A stretch of 64,000 nt of DNA from Escherichia phage fp01. The stretch lies in sequence record NC_048731.1; one strand, 5' to 3'. The position numbers and the translations under genes are program-made. This document shows, piece after piece, positions 52,119-61,594 of this stretch (position 1 is its first letter; each line of letters opens with the position of its first letter). Below the pieces are notes generated by a model. That model was not told where the DNA came from. It ran no database searches and worked only from the letters and a program-made list of their open reading frames with translations.

Positions 52119-53096
52119 ATGAGAATATTATTTAGTGCTGATCATCATATCAAACTAGGACAAGATAAAGTTCCAAAGGAATGGCAGAAGCGTCGCTTCC
52201 TGATGCTAGGAGAACGGTTAAATGATATATTCCATAATCATAACTGTGATCTTCATATTGCTGGTGGTGATATACTTGATGTTGCCGACCCGTCGTCAGA
52301 AGAAATAGAACTGCTTGAACAGTTCATGTCAAGACTTGACCATCCAGGCAAAATCTTTACTGGAAATCATGAAATGTTAACTAAAACCATTTCATGTCTA
52401 TATCATTATGCAGGAGTTATTAATAAAGTAACGAGCGGGAAGTGGGAAGTAATTACCAAACCATATCGTTCCCCTGAATTTGATATTGTTCCATATGACG
52501 AAATCCATAAATCTAAGTGGAAACCATCTGAATCAAAACTATGTTTCACGCATGTTCGTGGTGAAATCCCTCCACATGTAAAACCAGAAATTGATCTAAC
52601 TAAGTATAACTGTTATGATACTGTAATTGCTGGCGATTTACATTCTTATACTAATAGCCAGACTATCGGATCTACTAGACTTCTCTACCCAGGGTCTCCA
52701 TTAACTACATCGTTCCATAGAGAACGCACAAAAGGTACAAATGGTTGTTTTATCGTTGATACCGACACATTAAAAGTAGAATGGATTGAACTCGGTGATT
52801 TACCACAACTGATTCGTAAAACAATCGGAGCCGGTGAAGAGATGGAACCTAGTGATTATGATCGTGTAGTATATGAAGTTACTGGTGACGTTGTTCAATT
52901 AAAGTCAATCAAAGACTCTGATTTATTAGATAAGAAGATTAACCATCGAGTTACTAAAGACGCTAAGTTAAATCTTGTCGATCTTGATATGTTAGGTGAA
53001 CTTGAACTTTACTTCCGTGAAGTCGAGAAGCTATCTCAAGGCGACATTGATAGAATCTTGGCTAGAGCTGCGAAATATGTCAAAGATTACAATTAA
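52119..53096 (+). CDS. SbcD/Mre11-family nuclease
   Basis: 325 aa; calcineurin-like phosphoesterase motifs DHH, GGD, GNHE. Confidence 0.9.
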   Translation: MRILFSADHHIKLGQDKVPKEWQKRRFLMLGERLNDIFHNHNCDLHIAGGDILDVADPSSEEIELLEQFMSRLDHPGKIFTGNHEMLTKTISCLYHYAGVINKVTSGKWEVITKPYRSPEFDIVPYDEIHKSKWKPSESKLCFTHVRGEIPPHVKPEIDLTKYNCYDTVIAGDLHSYTNSQTIGSTRLLYPGSPLTTSFHRERTKGTNGCFIVDTDTLKVEWIELGDLPQLIRKTIGAGEEMEPSDYDRVVYEVTGDVVQLKSIKDSDLLDKKINHRVTKDAKLNLVDLDMLGELELYFREVEKLSQGDIDRILARAAKYVKDYN

Positions 53097-54915
53097 GACA
53101 CTAAAATTTAGTAACGTTATGTCTTACGGTAAGGACATCGTAATTCATTTCGATAAGAATCCAGTTACTCAACTAATTGGTGGCAATGGGCTAGGGAAAT
53201 CCACTATTGCTACTGTTATTGAAGAATTGTTTTATAACAAGAACTCACGGGGTATTAAGAAGGACGCCCTGTTCTCTTGGTCTACTCCGAAAAAAGAGTA
53301 TGATATGCACGCTTACTTCTCGAAAGATGAAGATGAGTATGAATTGCATAAAGTAGTTAAATCAACTGCTAAAGTAACTCTTATTAAGAATGGAGAAGAT
53401 ATTAGTGGCCACACGGCAACTCAAACATACAAGATGATTGAAGAGATTATGGGTGGTGACTTCCAAACATTCACCAAACTAATTTATCAATCAGTGGGTT
53501 CCAATCTAGACTTTCTAAAAGCAACAGATGCAACACGTAAGGCTTTTCTTGTCAACTTGTTCAATCAAGAACAGTATAAAGAAATGTCAGAAACTATTAA
53601 GGCTGACCGTAAAGAAATAGCAAATACCTTAAATAATTTGCAGGGCCAAATGGCTGTAATTACGAAGATCCTTAATGGAAAGAATAATCTGGGAACTTTG
53701 CAGGAACCTGTAGAAGTACCGGAGTTTGATGAAGAGCCATTAGCACAAGAACTTACTGAATCGAAAATTAAGGCGGCATTAGCCAAGTCTCAAGAGGCTA
53801 ATATTACTAAATTGCGTAATTTGGACAAAGCTGTACAAGTTGCCGAACAATCTTTCGAACCTTTCAAAAATTTGCCCGCGCCTACTGACCAAAACGAAGA
53901 GATCTCAAGTGTTACGCGTGACCTAACGATTGTGACCTCACGTGCGGGAGAAGTTAAGAAACGTTATCAGAAGTTCAAGCAAGAGGCTTCAAATACTGAA
54001 TGTCCTACTTGTGGTACTCATCTGGATACAACTGCTGCTCAAAAAGCAATGGATATGGCTAGAATAGAATATGACCCTCTGTTCAAAGAGAAGCAATCTC
54101 TTGAAGCTAAGCTAGAACAGTTGAAGAAAGAACAACTTGAGTACGTTGCGTATACTAGAGCAAAGGATGCTTTGGATAAAGCAGTGGCAGCTAGAGACGA
54201 GTTCAAAAATTCAATGAGTGACGCCTCTTTTGAAGAACTCAATGTGCAAAACCTACAGGTGCAAATCCGACAACTAGAACAGGAAATAGCTGATGGCCGT
54301 TCTAAGGTTGCAATTGCCAAAGAGCATAATGCAAATGTCGAATTAGCCAATGCAAAATATAAAGCGAAACTAGAACAGATTGAGAAAGCTGAGGCAGAAA
54401 TGTCTGAGATTACTTCCAAACTGGATGAAGTATCAGAAGCTGTTTCTGATCTAGATATTCTGATTGCTGCATTGAAAAATCTGGTAGGGTATAAACTAGA
54501 ACATAGCGTGAAAGTATTTGAAGAGCTTATCAATAAATACCTTTCCATTATGACTGGCGGTAAGTTCGCACTTGGATTTGAACTTGATGAAACAAAATTA
54601 CAAGTAGTAATCTTCAATGATGGAAACCGTACTAGTATGGAGAATTGCTCTACTGGTCAGCAAAGTCGAATCAACCTAGCAACTCTGTTAGCTATTCGAA
54701 TGCTACTAACATCTATTAGTAAAGTTAATATTAATCTTCTATTCCTTGATGAAGTAATTAGCTTTATTGATACGAAAGGACTTGACACCCTTGTTGAATT
54801 ATTAAATGAGGAAGAAAGTCTAAATTCTATCATTGTTTCTCATGGGCATACGCATCCATTGGCCCATAAGATTACTGTCAAAAAAGATGCAGAAGGATTT
54901 TCCTACTTAGAATAA
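53077..54915 (+). CDS. SbcC/Rad50-family ATPase
   Basis: ORF track 52996..54915; start placed at ATG 53077 (MSKITIKTLKF...); Walker A GGNGLGKST, zinc-hook CPTCG, Walker B LFLDEVISFID; 20-nt overlap with the SbcD-like gene. Confidence 0.9.
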   Translation: MSKITIKTLKFSNVMSYGKDIVIHFDKNPVTQLIGGNGLGKSTIATVIEELFYNKNSRGIKKDALFSWSTPKKEYDMHAYFSKDEDEYELHKVVKSTAKVTLIKNGEDISGHTATQTYKMIEEIMGGDFQTFTKLIYQSVGSNLDFLKATDATRKAFLVNLFNQEQYKEMSETIKADRKEIANTLNNLQGQMAVITKILNGKNNLGTLQEPVEVPEFDEEPLAQELTESKIKAALAKSQEANITKLRNLDKAVQVAEQSFEPFKNLPAPTDQNEEISSVTRDLTIVTSRAGEVKKRYQKFKQEASNTECPTCGTHLDTTAAQKAMDMARIEYDPLFKEKQSLEAKLEQLKKEQLEYVAYTRAKDALDKAVAARDEFKNSMSDASFEELNVQNLQVQIRQLEQEIADGRSKVAIAKEHNANVELANAKYKAKLEQIEKAEAEMSEITSKLDEVSEAVSDLDILIAALKNLVGYKLEHSVKVFEELINKYLSIMTGGKFALGFELDETKLQVVIFNDGNRTSMENCSTGQQSRINLATLLAIRMLLTSISKVNINLLFLDEVISFIDTKGLDTLVELLNEEESLNSIIVSHGHTHPLAHKITVKKDAEGFSYLE

Positions 54916-54918
54916 AAC

Positions 54919-55401
54919 ATGGCTGTAGATAGTAGAGAGAAAGGTAAACGTGGTGAATATCAGGTAAGAGATATTCTACGTGAGCGTACAGGTCTTGAGT
55001 GGGAACGTGTTCCTGGCTCTGGTGCTTTTGGCCAGAGCCACGGACTAAAAGGTGACATCTACCTTCCACCACAAAGCGGACACATTAGTAGATACTGCTT
55101 CGAAGTTAAGTGGTATAAAGATGATAATATATCAAGTAATTTATTTAATGTTGGTGAATCCACTCTAGAGAAGTGGTGGCAGCAGTGCTCACGTGAAGGT
55201 GAGCAAATGAACTCCAAACCTGCATTAATATTCAAAAAAGACAGAGGACAGTGGTTAATAGCTTTGGATAGCTCAGACCCGATGGTTGACAACTTAATGA
55301 GTCGTACCCATATGGTGTTAAATAAGAAAGACATGGAAATCGTAATTGGTTTATTTGAGCCGTGGCTACATCATGCATCTGTTGAGGACTTAATTAAATA
55401 A
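54919..55401 (+). CDS. Holliday-junction resolvase-like PD-(D/E)xK nuclease (Hjc-like)
   Basis: 160 aa; KGKRGEYQVRDIL...RVPGSG...DIY...EVK pattern. Confidence 0.55.
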   Translation: MAVDSREKGKRGEYQVRDILRERTGLEWERVPGSGAFGQSHGLKGDIYLPPQSGHISRYCFEVKWYKDDNISSNLFNVGESTLEKWWQQCSREGEQMNSKPALIFKKDRGQWLIALDSSDPMVDNLMSRTHMVLNKKDMEIVIGLFEPWLHHASVEDLIK

Positions 55402-56276
55402 TGAGTAAATCCTGGGGAAAATTTATTGAAGAAGAGGAAGCTGAAATGGCTTCCCGTCGTAACCTAATGATTGTCGATGGAACTAACTTAGGCTTTCGCT
55501 TCAAGCATAACAATAGTAAAAAACCATTTGCCTCAAGTTATGTTTCCACTATTCAGTCTCTTGCAAAATCTTATTCTGCTAGAACTACAATAGTTTTAGG
55601 AGATAAGGGGAAGTCTGCATTCCGCTTAGAGCATTTACCTGAGTATAAGGGTAATCGAGATGAGAAATACTCTCAGCGTACGGAAGAGGAGAAAGCGTTA
55701 GATGAGCAGTTCTTCGAGTATTTGAAAGATGCTTTCGAATTATGTGAAACTACGTTCCCAACTTTCACTATTCGTGGTGTAGAAGCAGACGACATGGCAG
55801 CTTATATTGTTAAGCTCATCGGGCATCTATATGATCATATTTGGCTAATTTCTACCGATGGTGACTGGGATACTTTATTAACTGATAAAGTATCTCGCTT
55901 CTCTTTCACAACACGTCGTGAATATCATCTTCGTGATATGTATGAGCATCATAATGTTGACGATGTAGAGCAGTTTATCTCCCTGAAAGCAATTATGGGT
56001 GATTTAGGGGATAATATCCGAGGTGTTGAAGGTATTGGGGCAAAGCGTGGGTATAATATTATTCGTGAATTTGGTAACGTTCTGGATATTATTGATCAGC
56101 TTCCACTGCCTGGAAAACAGAAATATATACAGAATTTAAATGCTTCGGAAGAATTGCTTTATCGAAACCTAATTCTGGTTGATTTACCTACCTACTGTGT
56201 GGATGCTATTGCTGCTGTAGGTCAAGATGTATTAGATAAATTTACAAAAGATATTTTGGAGATTGCAGAACAATGA
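55401..56276 (+). CDS. 5'-3' exonuclease / flap endonuclease
   Basis: 291 aa; MIVDGTNLGFRF N-terminal motif, EADDMAAY, helix-hairpin-helix region. Confidence 0.9.
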   Translation: MSKSWGKFIEEEEAEMASRRNLMIVDGTNLGFRFKHNNSKKPFASSYVSTIQSLAKSYSARTTIVLGDKGKSAFRLEHLPEYKGNRDEKYSQRTEEEKALDEQFFEYLKDAFELCETTFPTFTIRGVEADDMAAYIVKLIGHLYDHIWLISTDGDWDTLLTDKVSRFSFTTRREYHLRDMYEHHNVDDVEQFISLKAIMGDLGDNIRGVEGIGAKRGYNIIREFGNVLDIIDQLPLPGKQKYIQNLNASEELLYRNLILVDLPTYCVDAIAAVGQDVLDKFTKDILEIAEQ

Positions 56277-56719
56277 TTAAAATTAAATTAACTCATCCAG
56301 ATTGTATGCCTAAGATTGGTTCCGAAGATGCTGCAGGTATGGATCTGCGAGCATTCTTTGGTACTAACCCTGCTGCAGATTTACGTGCTATTGCACCAGG
56401 CAAATCCCTAATGATTGACACCGGTGTCGCGGTGGAAATTCCGCGAGGTTGGTTCGGTTTGGTAGTTCCTCGTAGCTCTTTAGGTAAGCGTCATTTGATG
56501 ATTGCAAATACCGCGGGAGTGATTGACTCAGACTATCGTGGAACTATTAAGATGAACCTGTTCAACTACGGTTCTGAAATTCAAACTCTGGAAAATTTTG
56601 AAAGACTTTGTCAGCTGGTAGTAGTACCACACTACTCAACTCATAATTTTGAAATTGTTGACGAACTAGGGGAGACTGATCGTGGAGAGGGTGGCTTTGG
56701 AAGTTCGGGAAGTAAATAA
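56273..56719 (+). CDS. dut: dUTP pyrophosphatase
   Basis: 148 aa; AAGMDLRA, PRSSLGK, GVIDSDYRG, C-terminal RGEGGFGSSG motifs. Confidence 0.95.
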   Translation: MIKIKLTHPDCMPKIGSEDAAGMDLRAFFGTNPAADLRAIAPGKSLMIDTGVAVEIPRGWFGLVVPRSSLGKRHLMIANTAGVIDSDYRGTIKMNLFNYGSEIQTLENFERLCQLVVVPHYSTHNFEIVDELGETDRGEGGFGSSGSK

Positions 56720-56740
56720 TCTACATATCAAATAAATAAT

Positions 56741-56776
56741 AAACCCCAGAGGGATATCCCTCTGGGGTTTTCTTTT
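56741..56776. terminator. bidirectional rho-independent terminator between convergent dut and tail-fibre genes
   Basis: perfect hairpin CCCCAGAGGG-ATAT-CCCTCTGGGG flanked by A-run and T-run. Confidence 0.7.
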
Positions 56777-58904
56777 ATTGAGGTACTATCTGTACCTTTA
56801 ATTGCTTGAGTTCTTCTTCTAAGTCTTCAATCCTTTTAATAAGATCTTGAACAACATGCATAGTATCAAGAAGCATTGGAGTTGTATCAAGTTCTTTTTG
56901 TTCCTGTTCTGCCCCATTGTTATCATAGAATTTTCTAGTTTTAACATAAAGCGGTTCTATAACTTCTGTTTCCTGAGCGATAACACCTCGTCTTATACGT
57001 TGAAGATTATCGTTATTATATATGAATGTCACAAAGTTTAGATTTTTGATGTTTTCTAAAGCTTTTTCAACAGTTGTATTTTCTATAGAATGTTTAAGGC
57101 GCCTATCTGAAGTTGCATTCTTTTGTAAAGTGTATGTTTCTTCTGATCCTGGTTGCCATTTGTGGAAAAAAATATCGGAATTTAATGGTTGAATACCGAC
57201 ACGAACTCCATAAGCGTTATTAGCATCGCCAGCAATATGCCATACGGATTGTGCAAAAGATGTTCCGTTGTGATGAATCATCCCCCAGTGACACGAAGTC
57301 TTATAACCACCTTGACTAGATTGGGCACCACTAAGAAGACTATTAAAAGCGTAATTTGCTCCAATAGCCTGGTCTTCCGCGCTAAATGTACCTTTAGTAA
57401 AACCTGTTTCACTCCAAGCCATCATAGTCCCATATCTTGCTCTATATCGATCGCTACTCAGCGTACCTGTGTCATCAAAGGCAAGGTCTTTTGTCACCCC
57501 TTTTGTCTTGTTGTATACAGACAGAATCGCATAATAAAGGCCATCCATGTATGCATCGCATCGCAATCCTGCATCCGCTTCAACAACGGTGCCGATTTTG
57601 TATTGGGCCTTTACCTGTCCTGACAATGCCTTTACGCCAGAGCCTGGGCGGACAGCATCAGCATTCATTACACTCCAAGACGTATTCGCGGCAACAAAGC
57701 CACCAGAGGCACGAATCACCCAAACGCCGACAAAGTTGCGCGGAACGATTTCTGCTGCTGAACGACCATAAACAGGACTGCAGCGAGAAGCGTCAAAGTT
57801 GGTTTGTATGTACCTTGAACCAGAGCCAACCGCAGCAGGAGCGTCCCCCGAAGTTATCGACTGAAAAGCACCGTTAGTTGCCACTTGGCTTGCTAAAGAA
57901 GCCAATGTCACCATTGTGTGCGGCGCTGCGTAAGTTATATTTGGAGCGCCTGATTCAGACACAACCCCGTTGGACGATGAATTCCCGCCGTCACCCCTGC
58001 CAAATAAGGCCTGTATGGAACCAGTTTGAACACCGTTCCTGTCAGGCACTCGAAACGTTGTTGTTCCGTTACCCAAAGAATATTTACCACGCTTTGATGC
58101 GTCAGCAAGCCATTCCGCATCTGAAATCGGCGTAAGCATTTGCGCATATGCCCAAAGCTCAGGCCAGTCAGCCCTGTTAAGAAGCTGCCCATCAGAAACC
58201 ACCTCATACGGTTGAATATACGCACGGCTATCTCGAAGATGGAAATCACCGACACCGTAGTTCATCACGCCATTCATTGTGGGTCCTACTGTGCCAGTAT
58301 TAATTTTGTTCTCCACCCAACGCTTAGTTACAGCATCATAATCATTAACGGGGTCTCCCGCAAGGGGGGTAGATCCAATAGGACGAACATTTAACCACGC
58401 AGCTGCGCGATCTGCTAAATCTGATAAATTATTTTCAGTCAATAGGCTTTCGTCTTTTGTTGGCACATTATAACTTTGTCTAAAAGCTTCTTTTGATACT
58501 ACTCCAGTACCCCCTTGTTCTATAGAAAGTGCAGTGGTTAAACCTGTTAAAGATTTAATAGTTGAGTTGGCACCATCCATGTCTATACTAGCAAATCTTG
58601 ACCATGCAGTCCATGAACTGTAAAAAGATCTACTATATATCTCATTACTATTATAAGGTAAGTAAATTTGAGTACAAGAAGTTGCTAAATTGCTTGCATT
58701 ATTTTTTAAAACTAGTAATGTACCTGCAGCCGCAACAGGATAGTTAAGAGAAGTAGGAGAGTTAGCATTTTCAGATTGCCAATACTTTCCATACACACTC
58801 CCATCAAGTGTATTTAAATTTGTTCCTGTAGTAATTAAACCATATACAGGTAAAGCGGCTACATCAGTAGCCTTTAAGTTAATTTTATCAATTCTAAGAG
58901 CCAT
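56775..58904 (-). CDS. tail-fibre protein with C-terminal intramolecular chaperone (peptidase S74-like) domain
   Basis: 709 aa; C-terminal ...SDRRLKHSIENTTVEKALENIKNLNFVTFIY...QDLIKRIEDLEEELKQLK typical of auto-cleaving chaperone domains of phage fibres. Confidence 0.75.
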   Translation of the reverse strand: MALRIDKINLKATDVAALPVYGLITTGTNLNTLDGSVYGKYWQSENANSPTSLNYPVAAAGTLLVLKNNASNLATSCTQIYLPYNSNEIYSRSFYSSWTAWSRFASIDMDGANSTIKSLTGLTTALSIEQGGTGVVSKEAFRQSYNVPTKDESLLTENNLSDLADRAAAWLNVRPIGSTPLAGDPVNDYDAVTKRWVENKINTGTVGPTMNGVMNYGVGDFHLRDSRAYIQPYEVVSDGQLLNRADWPELWAYAQMLTPISDAEWLADASKRGKYSLGNGTTTFRVPDRNGVQTGSIQALFGRGDGGNSSSNGVVSESGAPNITYAAPHTMVTLASLASQVATNGAFQSITSGDAPAAVGSGSRYIQTNFDASRCSPVYGRSAAEIVPRNFVGVWVIRASGGFVAANTSWSVMNADAVRPGSGVKALSGQVKAQYKIGTVVEADAGLRCDAYMDGLYYAILSVYNKTKGVTKDLAFDDTGTLSSDRYRARYGTMMAWSETGFTKGTFSAEDQAIGANYAFNSLLSGAQSSQGGYKTSCHWGMIHHNGTSFAQSVWHIAGDANNAYGVRVGIQPLNSDIFFHKWQPGSEETYTLQKNATSDRRLKHSIENTTVEKALENIKNLNFVTFIYNNDNLQRIRRGVIAQETEVIEPLYVKTRKFYDNNGAEQEQKELDTTPMLLDTMHVVQDLIKRIEDLEEELKQLKVQIVPQ

Positions 58905-58913
58905 TTTAACTCC

Positions 58914-59219
58914 TTATGCCCACATGCGAACAGGTGTTTCTGGGTTTACTATAAATTTATCTAGTATAGAGAGATCAAAATCATCAATATTCATAATACG
59001 CAGATTAACGTGATATCCTTCTTGCACTACATACTCAATATCTTCTATATTTTGATACTCTGTTAAGGGTTTTGCAGGCTGACTGATAATACCGATAAAA
59101 TCAATACTGACATTTTCACAATATAAACTACCTGTTTCTTCATCTAAACTAAAGCCAAATTTTATCAAATTAATTTTCATTTCATCAGCATTAGTAAATT
59201 TTAGATATAAATCTTTCAT
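58914..59219 (-). CDS. hypothetical protein
   Basis: ORF track 101 aa. Confidence 0.45.
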   Translation of the reverse strand: MKDLYLKFTNADEMKINLIKFGFSLDEETGSLYCENVSIDFIGIISQPAKPLTEYQNIEDIEYVVQEGYHVNLRIMNIDDFDLSILDKFIVNPETPVRMWA

Positions 59220-59265
59220 TATAGAATCCTTAATTTTATGGGAACATTATATAATATTCCTGTAC

Positions 59266-61169
59266 TTACCGTAAGCCATTAATTTGATCATTATTTAAAG
59301 CCCTATACCATACTCGGAAATTCTTAATATGATATACAAATTTAGAAGGGGTAGGAGATGGTGATGCACCTAACCTAGACGGAATACCTGTCAAACTCAC
59401 GGGAGTACTAGTAGATTTAGCAGTTTTACCATTAAAGAAATTACTAATCTCATTCCCTGTTATTTTTTGAGCATAGGTCATAGGAGGTAGACTTTCTATA
59501 TCTGGAATAGCTAAGGTTGGCCCTGTACTAGATCTATATGTTCTTATAGTGGCATTATCAGCGCTATCACAGCGGCAGATAATGTCATACTTAGAACCTC
59601 TTACTTGCATAACTTCTACATAACTAGTATAAGGTCGTACTTTACAATTAAATTCAAAAGATACTGTGCGCTCAAAGTAGTCCGCCAGGGTTCTATAGCC
59701 GGCATTATCTGGTATACACCACCATTCATCTGCTGTTCTAGTAGTGGTGGTATCAGTGCTATTACGGATGTAAGAAGTTGGAGCTATGCCTTCCTCAACC
59801 TGTATACCCCAAATGTAGAAACCAGAAACACCATCCCCCTGGTAGACAGTAGTATTGGTATTTTTAGCCATCTGGAGTCTAAATATAGTGCTTCGACTTT
59901 CAGTGGCTGCAAAAGAAACCCAAATTCTATATATACCTCCAGTTAATCTCTCATACCCCCCTCTAATATTACTAGCAGAACCACTTGTAGCAACAGTTTC
60001 ATTTTTAATATCAAAAAACATACCAACAGTTGTACCGGAAGCTACACGTAGATATACTAAACGGTTAGCGGTATCATCTTTAACATAAGCAGAATAGCAA
60101 TAAAAAGTATCAGCAGTCAAAGATATCCATTTATCGTTGCAGTAATGCTCGCCGTCATTGGTATTCTCGGTAAACTTAGTCATCAACATTTCGCCAGTCG
60201 GGCACGCCGAAGCATTAGGAGTTGTAATAACTAGACTACCTCCAGTAATTGCTTCTGAATTAGTATATAAATTAGTGCACTGAGACTCCATTAATAAACC
60301 TTGCTTTTCAAATCTAGGTTCATTAATATCTGCAAAACACATTTTACCACTTTTATCTATATAACTGGCGGTAGTTGAGCGAGTAAAATTTGCAGATTTT
60401 GTTGGCAATTCCAGAGTTACATCATTAATTGTTGCTAAATCGTAGGGGGCCATACCAGATAATAATCTCATATCATCAGTTAAAGGTACCCAAACATCCG
60501 GATAAGGGACAGGTTCATACATAATAATACTAGCAGCAGAAGCAGCGGCGGCAGCTTCAGAAGCTTTAGCATTAATTTCAGAAGCTTTAGCGTTAGTCTC
60601 TGAAGCTTTAGCATTAGTCTCAGAAGNNNNNNNNNNNNNNNNNNNNNNNNNNNNNNNNNNNNNNNNNTTTTACTTGCTAATGCATTAGTTTCGCTAGTAG
60701 CAGCATTAGTTTCCGAGGTTTTAGCTTTGGTTTCACTAGATTTTGCATTAGTTTCTGATGCTTTTGCATTAGTCTCGGATGTTTTAGCCTTAGTTTCACT
60801 AGCTTTCGCATTAGTCTCAGATACTTTAGCTGCTGCGGCTGATGCTGCAGATCTATCCGCTGATGCAGCAGATTGAGTAGCAGATGTAGCGGACTGAGTG
60901 GCAGAGGCTTCAGAAGCTCCAGCAGAAATAGCAGCTTCCTGTTCAGAATCCTTAGCATTAAGTTCTGAAGTCTTAGCAGCTATCTCAGAAGCTTTTGCAG
61001 CTGCAGCAGATTTAGCCGTAGCCTCAATAGAGGATACTAATTCACTTGCAGTAATAGAGCTAATAGAATTACCTAGAGTTACAGTATATCTAGGAAATTT
61101 ACTAGCAGTAGCTTTAGTATCATCAATATTTAATATCTGTTGTACAATAATCTTAGTAGTTACTGCCAT
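59266..61169 (-). CDS. tail-fibre protein with N-terminal S-E-T-N-A-K-A heptad repeats, interrupted by an assembly gap
   Basis: ORF track splits it (59266..60522 and 60480..61169); the frame of the downstream ORF stays open upstream through SETNAKASETNAKASEINAKASEAAAAAS to the N run, matching the repeat in the upstream ORF. Confidence 0.55.
60627..60667. other. assembly gap (41 N) inside a repetitive coding region
   Basis: run of n characters flanked by near-identical 21-nt repeats (aagctttagcattagtctcag...). Confidence 0.95.
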
Positions 61170-61591
61170 TATTTAGTTACCCCATCACTGATAAATACTT
61201 TACCCTCCATTATGCGAAAGGAGCTAATTGCAGATCCTACAACATCTCTAGTCATGATTATATCATAGTATCCTGCTAATCGCTGACGGGGGTTATACTT
61301 ATCTCTATCTTTAGATGCTTTAGCTCCTAGATTTTCCACGGATTCTACTGGCAAACTTATAGCCACAGCCCCCTGGGCAGCATCAATAATATTAGTAGTA
61401 AAGGATGCTAGGGTTTCTGCGTTCTCTTCTAGACTACTTTTTATAACACCTCTTAGAGAATACCCCGTTAAATTAACAGGGGTATTTGTAGGTGGGTAAG
61501 TACTATCATCAACATCTAAGAACTGCATCATTAAACCATATGGTACTTTCTCATCTATTACTAAGTCTATAACTCTATTTTCAGTACTCAT
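61169..61591 (-). CDS. hypothetical tail-associated protein
   Basis: ORF track 140 aa; start overlaps neighbour stop. Confidence 0.45.
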   Translation of the reverse strand: MSTENRVIDLVIDEKVPYGLMMQFLDVDDSTYPPTNTPVNLTGYSLRGVIKSSLEENAETLASFTTNIIDAAQGAVAISLPVESVENLGAKASKDRDKYNPRQRLAGYYDIIMTRDVVGSAISSFRIMEGKVFISDGVTK

Positions 61592-61594
61592 TAT

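Noticed and set aside
54039-54617. Antisense ORF 54039-54617 (-) inside the SbcC-like gene, and plus-strand ORFs 57189-58394 inside the tail-fibre gene
   Set aside because: Antisense to strongly supported genes; Ser/Cys/Leu-rich low-complexity products.
60480-60958. C-terminal part of ORF 60480-61169 after the N run (...LLRLMLKLQRLTLKLL...) and ORF 60677-60958 (-)
   Set aside because: Off-frame translations of the heptad-repeat DNA caused by the 41-N gap; the repeat frame continues into the 59266-60522 ORF instead.
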